A stretch of DNA of 63,785 bases, counting the filler, from Nemertoderma westbladi (Eukaryota; Animalia; Xenacoelomorpha): assembly GCA_032718475.1 (NCBI GenBank). It is 3 parts of 3 records of this genome, joined end to end, with 100 filler letters (N's around TTAATTAATTAA, not from the genome) between each part and the next. Parts side by side here need not be neighbours in the genome. Positions count along the whole stretch, not along the records: positions 47,951 to 63,785 come from JAUCBJ010007604.1; 2 more parts are not named here. One strand, written 5' to 3'. This document shows, piece by piece, positions 60,904 through 63,785 of the stretch. The notes under the pieces are model-generated. The model was given only the letters and a program-made list of their open reading frames with translations. It did not search any database and was not told the origin of the DNA. Positions within the stretch are counted from its first letter, which is position 1. Each line of letters begins with the position of its first letter. Position numbers and translations under genes: made by a program.

Positions 60904-61736
60904 CACGGCGACACGTGCGAAGCTTTATTGCGGACGCAGTTTGTTGCTTATCTAAAATCTAAAGTTTATGTACGTATCTTAGACGAATTCGAATATAAGG
61001 TTTGTAAACCACTACTGCACTAGGCTAATATTCCGTCTTTTAACTCCGATCTAAGATTGGACTTGTTTCTGATGGACCTCGATGGAGATCGAATGTGTAA
61101 ACTACTAAGATAATGATAATGTATTTTACCTGACTCGAAATCTAGACCCCGATGAAACTAGTTAATATCAGTAACAACACCTACTTCTGCTTCGCCTACT
61201 GATCAACTTAACTTTATCAATATATTCCCGTCCTACTGTGCTTTTAAAATATTTTTTACTTAAATAATTATCTTTTAACATATTGTACGTGCGACAAATT
61301 TTATCCAAATGTTTGGATGTAATATACAGAATTCTAATATTGACGCGGATTTAGTAGGCTTTGACTTTGTGGTGTTCACTATCCGCCGATGCACTCGACC
61401 GGCCGATTAGCGAATCCCTTGTCGTTCTTACATCGTACGCTATGCCAATAATTTAAATTTCTATATTTTATATGACTATTCTTACTCGGTCGTTTTAATA
61501 ACGTAGTAAATTATTAACTTTCATCTGACCTATATTCCCCAAGCTGAGTACAGCAAGTAACTCTGGGTTGAGAGAATTCACGTGCGTTTTGTTTTGTATC
61601 AGTATTTCACATTGGGACTATCTTATTTGAAGAATTTAATCCAACATCAGGGATTGTATACCTTTATTTTACATCCAGTTAGACTAATTCTATTGAAACT
61701 TCTATTTTATCATAGAAAATGAGATAGATAACTGAC

Positions 61737-61899
61737 CTGCTTTGTTTGCCGTTCCCGTAGGTTCGTGATCGTGATTGAATCGAAGTTCTTCCCGGAGGAG
61801 TTCAAGGAGGACGGACTTGACGACACCGATATGCTCCGACCTCGACCTCGTCGCTGGCCCTATCACTGCGAGTTTGCCGCATATAGGAATCTCCATCGG
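61737..61899 (-). CDS. Candidate internal exon of an unidentified gene
   Basis: GC-rich island bounded by TACTAG| and a strong GCAG|GTCAGT donor; one open minus-strand frame (PMEIPICGKLAVIGPA...GTANKA). Confidence 0.35.
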
Positions 61900-62696
61900 C
61901 TAGTAATTGGGGCGTGTGAGTTGAACTAAAACATACCTGCACCGGTAGTAGCTAGGTGTACCTGTAGCGGTAGTAGCTAGGTGTACCTTGAGAGTAGCAG
62001 CGCATCTTATAGTCAGTTTGAGAATTGAGACTATCAGCTATCAGAAAGACTCTGCAAACAAGCAGAATCGAAAGTGAAATTAAGGAATACTGCCGCGTAC
62101 CGGTGGTACCTGGTGCTGTTGTGTACTGCCTAATGAATATAACATTTGTTCTTTGTAATACTTTATTAAAATTTACGTCGTTGTGGTCTGGTGACATGTT
62201 CGTTGTGGTTATATATATTTGCTGTTGATCAAAAGAGTTGGCATTGAGTTTAGTCTGTTAAGTGACTGCTGCACGCACTACTTCTAGAAAGTAGTAAATT
62301 ACTATATATCCTGAAATAAATAGTTTAATATATTAAACCAAAAGGTATTCTTTTTGCAGATAAGGGGGTGGCGGAAACTGGACGCAATAAAAATGCATCT
62401 CTCTCCAGGGGAAATTAGACGCAAATAACAGCTGATTACTCTCAAAAATAAAACTGTACCATTGTGTTTAGTTTATTGTTTTGGTTAAAATATTTTGCCA
62501 CTGTAACCTGCTCATTTCCCTAAATTGAGAATTTAACATTGAGGCGGGATATTAATTCTCCAAGATGGGATTTGCGCCCAGTCCCCCCCACCCCCCCCCC
62601 CCCCCCCCCCCTGTCTCTATTTTTGTGTGGGGAGATTTGGTGGAACCTAAATGGGATGTAGGGTGCAGGTTAATGTAGCACTCACACCCAAGGCGT

Positions 62697-63445
62697 CAAC
62701 TACAATGCATGTTAATGTAGCACGCACACCCAACTACGATGCATGTTAGTGTAGCATGCACACCCAACTACAATGCATGTTAATGTAGCACGCACACCCA
62801 ACTACAATGCATGTTAATGTAGCACGCACACCCAACTACGATGTATGTTAGTGTAGCACGCACACCCAACTACAATGCATGTTAGTGTAGCACGCATACA
62901 CCCAACTACGATGCATGTTAGTGTAGCACGCACACCCAACTACAATGCATGTTAATGTAGCACGCACACCCAACTACGATGTATGTTAGTGTAGCACGCA
63001 CACCCAACTACAATGCATAGTGTAGCACGCACACCCAACTACAATGCATGTTAGTGTAGCACGCATACACCCAACTACAATGCATGTTAGTGTAGCACGC
63101 ATACACCCAACTACGATGCATGTTAGTGTAGCACGCACACCTAACTACAATGCATGTTAGTGTAGCACGCACACCCAACTACAATGCATGTTAGTGTAGC
63201 ACGAATACACCCAACTACAATGCATGTTAGTGTAGCACGCACACCCAACTACAATGCATGTCAATGTAGCCCGCATACCCAACTACGATGCATGTTAGTG
63301 TAGCACGCACACCCAACTACAATGCATGTTAGTGTAGCACGCATACCCAACTACGATGCATGTTAATGTAGCACGCACACCCAACTACGATGCATGTTAG
63401 TGTAGCACGCACACCCAACTACAATGCATGTTAGTGTAGCTCGCA
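62697..63445. repeat. Tandem repeat, 34-bp unit (33-36 bp variants), about 22 copies
   Basis: Unit CAACTACAATGCATGTTAGTGTAGCACGCACACC; period 62701 to 62735. Confidence 0.96.
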
Positions 63446-63785
63446 TAGCCAAGAAAGCCTCAGTCAGATATGGCAATTATTGGTCCTCCCTTTGTGTTAG
63501 CCATGGGTTTATAATGACATATATTGTTAATAAACCACTGATTAGTTGAACATTTACCATTGGTTTATTAGTTTATGGATAGTATTACAAAAACAATGAA
63601 TAAAGTCGACATGTTTGGCAATCTGTCTGATATTTCAGCTGTTTTTTATTGAATTTTAAATCGCAGCGGGCAACAACTCCACGGTTGCCTTATTTCTTAG
63701 ACAATAGTAAGAATAACTCTTTTTAAATGTTCAGTTTTACTTTCAGTTTATGGGTACATTAAATGCTTGTAATCGATAAAACATT

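Overview
This is repeat-rich eukaryotic DNA, most likely from an invertebrate animal (GT-AG introns, LINEs, an LTR element, DNA transposons and satellites). It is not one contiguous locus. Two artificial 100-bp N44-TTAATTAATTAA-N44 linkers join three contigs, and a back-to-back SMART/PacBio low-input amplification adapter at 5833-5885 marks a chimeric junction. The best-supported host gene is missed by the ORF track: a spliced minus-strand gene (four coding exons visible, 46879-38719) for a divergent, probably GPI-anchored, 14-Cys Ly6/uPAR (three-finger)-like protein. Its long intron holds a very young full-length Gypsy (Mag-like) retrotransposon at 39660-45610. That element has 222-bp LTRs with non-canonical TA...TA ends and a 5-bp TSD. 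It lacks a TGG tRNA primer-binding site; the sequence there is instead complementary to its own LTR, which suggests self-priming. This is the most novel signal in the window. Other content: the first exon of an NTF2/SnoaL-like gene, degenerate RTEX-, CR1/L2-, RTE- and CRE-like LINE remnants, a P-element/THAP9-like transposase fragment, a classic non-autonomous Helitron, a head-to-tail stack of Helitron2/HINE-type elements, several MITEs, and eight unrelated tandem-repeat families (about a fifth of the window). The long ORFs in those repeats are artefacts. All family assignments come from motifs recognised by eye, not from database searches.
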